Virus record (IMG/VR): IMGVR_UViG_3300025030_000045
Origin: a virus
Strand: one strand, 5' to 3'
Length of the DNA: 64,000 nucleotides
Below are positions 60,499 through 64,000 of the stretch, one piece after another. The notes beneath the pieces are model-generated. The model did no database searches and had not been told where the DNA came from. It worked only from the letters and a program-made list of their open reading frames with translations. Numbering within the stretch: the first letter of the stretch is position 1; every line of letters begins with the position of its first letter. The position numbers were made by a program, and so were the translations under genes.

Positions 60499-61155
60499 AT
60501 GGCAATTTTCAAAAGACCAAATTCATCTTCGCCGTTTCGTTTTAATAACGAGAACGATGATAGAGATATAGAAACGCTCAAGATAATTTTTGACGAGAGC
60601 GTTAACCTTTTTGGTTCTGATATCTATTACATCAGACAGGAACTTAGTGGTGTTGAACCGATCTTTGGTGAATACCTGACGAAGGTTCTACAGCGAGCAA
60701 TTCCTCTCCGGGCCTTTGTTGAAGAACAACAAGCATGGGGTGGGGTTGGTGACATCTATTCAAAATTTGGTTTGACGAACAGTGAAGACATGACACTTCA
60801 TATGTCGAAGATTGCCTTTGCTGAACTCGGATTTGATCCTAAGGTATCCGACATCATCTATCACGTTACATCAAAAAAATTATTTGAGATTCAGACTCCG
60901 ATTGATGATGGAGAAACTTCATTCATGCCACTTGGTAAACACGTTGCCTTCATTCTTAAGTGCCGTTCCTATCAGTATGATCATTCTGAAGTTAGTCAAG
61001 AGGTCATTGACGAGGCAGAGTTTGATTCGCATATTAGTTCGATTCTTTCAACTATCAACAATGCTCCAACGAAAGATATTACGAATACGAACAATGATGT
61101 AACTGCTGCTAAAGATTCTATAATCGACGACACCGAAACCGACCCATTAGGATAA
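60499..61155 (+). CDS. gp14: Neck protein
   Basis: ES...FG.D.YYI, IFGE, SKFGL, LFEI; synteny. Confidence 0.9.
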   Translation: MAIFKRPNSSSPFRFNNENDDRDIETLKIIFDESVNLFGSDIYYIRQELSGVEPIFGEYLTKVLQRAIPLRAFVEEQQAWGGVGDIYSKFGLTNSEDMTLHMSKIAFAELGFDPKVSDIIYHVTSKKLFEIQTPIDDGETSFMPLGKHVAFILKCRSYQYDHSEVSQEVIDEAEFDSHISSILSTINNAPTKDITNTNNDVTAAKDSIIDDTETDPLG

Positions 61156-61158
61156 TAT

Positions 61159-61992
61159 ATGATCGAATCTTATTTTGCTCATAACAACACAACAAGAAAA
61201 TACTTGGTTGCATTTATGGACCTCTTTGACGAGGTTCAGATTGAGAAGTATCGTAGTGATGCATCAACGTCACTGATAAGCGTCCCAGTCCAATTTGCAA
61301 ACCGTGAGAAATTTTTCAATGTTATCAGATCTGCATCAGCGATTGCCATTCATAATGATGAACCGGGTGGAGCTGATCCTATAACCGGAAATCATATAGA
61401 ATTAGGATCAATTCTTCCGAGGATTTCCGTTAACCTCGTTGGTATGAGTTATGATTCTGTTCGTCATGTTAATAAGAAAAATCGTATCCTAAGTCAGACG
61501 GTGTCTAACGAGGATTTGGCACAACGAGAATCAGTGAATACCCCATCTCCATGGAATCTTGATTTAGAATTGGCTGTTATTGCCAAAACGATCGACGACG
61601 GTTTTCAAATCATGGAGCAGATCATTCCATTCTTTCAACCATCTCGCTCGGTCAACGTTAAAATTCTTGAGGGATATAAATCAGAATCTGTCCCCATCAT
61701 TCTGAACTCAGTACAACCAAATATAGAAGAAGAGATTGCTCTTGAAGATGAAAGAATTTTTACCATTCTTTTCACCTTCACCTTAAAGGGCAATTACTAC
61801 ATGCCGAAGAAAGTTTCGAAGAAGGTTACTAAAGTTGAGTTCAATCTTATCACCGTTGATTCATCGGATGATAGTTACAACCAATTCATGAAGTATGTGC
61901 AGACGGCAGAAAATCTTGAACCCATAGAAGAGAACATTATTGATGAGTCAGTGACAATCGCCATCACCGATGGAATTATAGAAGGAAATTAA
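61159..61992 (+). CDS. gp15: Tail sheath stabilizer/terminator
   Basis: RKY...F.DLF, VPV.FA.REKF, LPRIS, EQI.PFFQP. Confidence 0.92.
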   Translation: MIESYFAHNNTTRKYLVAFMDLFDEVQIEKYRSDASTSLISVPVQFANREKFFNVIRSASAIAIHNDEPGGADPITGNHIELGSILPRISVNLVGMSYDSVRHVNKKNRILSQTVSNEDLAQRESVNTPSPWNLDLELAVIAKTIDDGFQIMEQIIPFFQPSRSVNVKILEGYKSESVPIILNSVQPNIEEEIALEDERIFTILFTFTLKGNYYMPKKVSKKVTKVEFNLITVDSSDDSYNQFMKYVQTAENLEPIEENIIDESVTIAITDGIIEGN

Positions 61993-61993
61993 A

Positions 61994-62545
61994 ATGGCAA
62001 TCCCATCCAAGAAACTACAGAACCTCGAGAAACGGTTTGGTATGATCCAAACGGTCGTTGAGGAAATGTCCGGTGATATTGAAGAACTTCATATCGCCGA
62101 AATCGAGAAACAGGGGGATAATCTACCGGTTAAGGTTGAGGAGGTTGAAATCTTTTCCTTAGACCTCCTCAAACAAGATTTTATGATGGTCCGTCAAAAC
62201 ATTATAAAGGTCATCACTGCAGGTCAGAATATCCTCTCTAAAGCCGCATTGCTTGATCTTGGTGAGATGAAACCGACACAACTAGATGCTCTCTCAAATC
62301 TACAGGGTGTCTTGGGTACAAATATGAAACTCTTGATTGAGCTTTATCGACAGATCGTTGAAATTGAAGAGAAGCGGAAGAAGATCAAGTCCGGAACAGA
62401 ACAGGGTTCGCCAACAGTTATCAATGGAAACCAGGTTAACCAACAAGTATTCATCGGGGGCACCCATGACATACTCAAGCTATTAGATTCAAGAAATCCT
62501 CAAAGAAATGAAGATTTTGAAATTGAGGAATATCAGATAGGATAA
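61994..62545 (+). CDS. gp16: Terminase small subunit
   Basis: DF..VR.N, coiled coil, N.VFIG.T.D.LK; position before gp17. Confidence 0.8.
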   Translation: MAIPSKKLQNLEKRFGMIQTVVEEMSGDIEELHIAEIEKQGDNLPVKVEEVEIFSLDLLKQDFMMVRQNIIKVITAGQNILSKAALLDLGEMKPTQLDALSNLQGVLGTNMKLLIELYRQIVEIEEKRKKIKSGTEQGSPTVINGNQVNQQVFIGGTHDILKLLDSRNPQRNEDFEIEEYQIG

Positions 62546-62548
62546 CAG

Positions 62549-62992
62549 ATGAAATACGGAAATACAGAGTACGAGCAATATAAAGAACTGATTCTTCCAG
62601 AAATCAATGTTGATGCTAATGGCGATGACATAGCATTTGAAAACAACCCAAATCGGAAGAGAGCGGGCGTCCAACTTGCTTATACGATAGAACACATCGA
62701 AGAGATTGAGAGATGTCGAACTGACATCTTTTATTTTGCTGAGAAATATTATCACATTCTTGATCTTGACAAGGGTATGTTAAAGATCAAGCTCCGTGAA
62801 TATCAGAAGGAGATGTTGCGTTCATTTGTTGAGAATAGAAACACGATCGTTAATGCTACACGACAGTGCGTCCGGGGTGATTCTAAAATTCGACTAAGAA
62901 ACAAACGAACGAATGATATCGTCGAAATAAACATCGAAGATTTCTTTGAGATGTTAGCAATCAAAACAGCAGAACGACTTAAGAATAAATAG
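62549..62992 (+). CDS. gp17: Terminase large subunit N-extein (106 aa) plus a short 41-aa split-intein N-fragment
   Basis: C..DIFYFAEKY, LREYQKEM, ATRQ then CVRGDSKI (nt 62867) where the Walker A GKT would follow. Confidence 0.88.
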   Translation: MKYGNTEYEQYKELILPEINVDANGDDIAFENNPNRKRAGVQLAYTIEHIEEIERCRTDIFYFAEKYYHILDLDKGMLKIKLREYQKEMLRSFVENRNTIVNATRQCVRGDSKIRLRNKRTNDIVEINIEDFFEMLAIKTAERLKNK

Positions 62993-63056
62993 CCATATTC
63001 CGCATTCTCGTGTAACTTTTATAAATAAAATTACACGAGAATGGAGATATGCTATT

Positions 63057-64000
63057 ATGAGAACATGCGAAATCTGTGGCATTGATATTTCACATCAACG
63101 TAAAAATTCAAACACATGTTCTAAAGAACATCGTGTAGAATTATATAGAAGAAACAAAGAGTTAGATCATATGAAGAAATATGAAAATAACTCGAGCGCT
63201 GTAGAGTGCAAGATTTGTGGTTACAAGGCAACACGCCTCGAAGGCCATCTCGTAAGACAACATCAACTAAAATTAAAAGATTATTATAACAGATATAATG
63301 TAACAGCGGTAGATTGCTTCTCTAGTAATTACAGGAATAATTTATCAGAGCATATGCTCGGGAAAAAAAATCCTGGATATGCTCATGGCGGAAAGTATTC
63401 TCCTTGGTCCAAAAAATCAGGCATTGATGAAATTAGTCGATTGGCCGCACTTAAGAAAGCCCAAGAAAATAGAAGTTATAATACACAACTGGACTATTGG
63501 GTTTCCCGTTCTGTTTCAACGGAAGAAGCTAATAAAAAATTATTAGAAAGACAAGCAACGTTCACCAAGTTCAAGTGTATAGAAAAGTTTGGCGAAAAGG
63601 AAGGAATTAAAAGATTTCTTAAACGCCAAGAAAAATGGCAAATGACTTTAAACAAAAAATCCCCAGAAGAAATTGAACGAATAAACATCCTTAAGATGTC
63701 TAAAGGTTTCTCCGTATCAAAGGGGGAGACGGCACTCTTCGAAATAGTGTCAAGTATTTACCCAAATGCAATCTCTCAAAAAGCAATTCACACCGGCGAT
63801 AGAACATATGTTTTTGATATATTCGTTCCCGAAGAAAATATGATTATCGAATACAATGGGGATTTCTGGCACTGTAATCCTAAAAAATATAGGAGTGATT
63901 GGAAAAATCCAAGAACGGGGAGAACGACATCAGAACAGCAAATTATTGATATGTGCAAGATTGATTTTGCAAAATCATGTGGGTTCGATGTTTTTGTTGT
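63057..64000 (+). mobile_element. Free-standing Vsr/DUF559-like endonuclease, runs off the window end
   Basis: Open frame MRTCEICG...; FDIF......IIEYNGDFWH; GGAG SD, TATAAATA and hairpin upstream. Confidence 0.8.

Noticed and set aside
1-64000. Genome-wide TAG reassignment implied by the suppressor tRNA
   Set aside because: Core and late genes are uninterrupted in code 11, and gp43 ends at TAG right after its C-terminal clamp motif

Overview
This window is a 64 kb segment of a large T4-like myophage genome (roughly 40% GC by eye), almost entirely on the + strand. It contains replication genes (gp45, gp44, gp62, gp43, type II topoisomerase, NAD-dependent ligase, RuvC-like resolvase), nucleotide metabolism genes (dUTPase, dNMP kinase, ThyX), a lysis cassette and the start of the morphogenesis block (gp13-gp17). 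Many sigma70-type TTGACA/TATAAT promoters and T4-type TATAAATA late promoters are present. A Geobacter-PilA-like pilin hints at a Desulfobacterota host (inference). The most notable findings are: (1) two fractured genes with split inteins and intervening free-standing endonucleases, in topoisomerase gp52 and terminase gp17; (2) an ~8 kb candidate DNA hypermodification locus whose glycosyltransferase and cytosine methyltransferase end in the same DFF-type tail as the polymerase; (3) a stand-alone DUF2604/BilA-like ubiquitin-like protein, possibly a decoy against Bil defence; (4) an amber-suppressor tRNA clustered with a TAG-interrupted mini-ORF and a Pth2-like gene; (5) a phage type IV pilin, an Hfq-like protein and a putatively capsid-packaged phosphoribosyltransferase. 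All calls come from motif recognition by eye; no searches were run.
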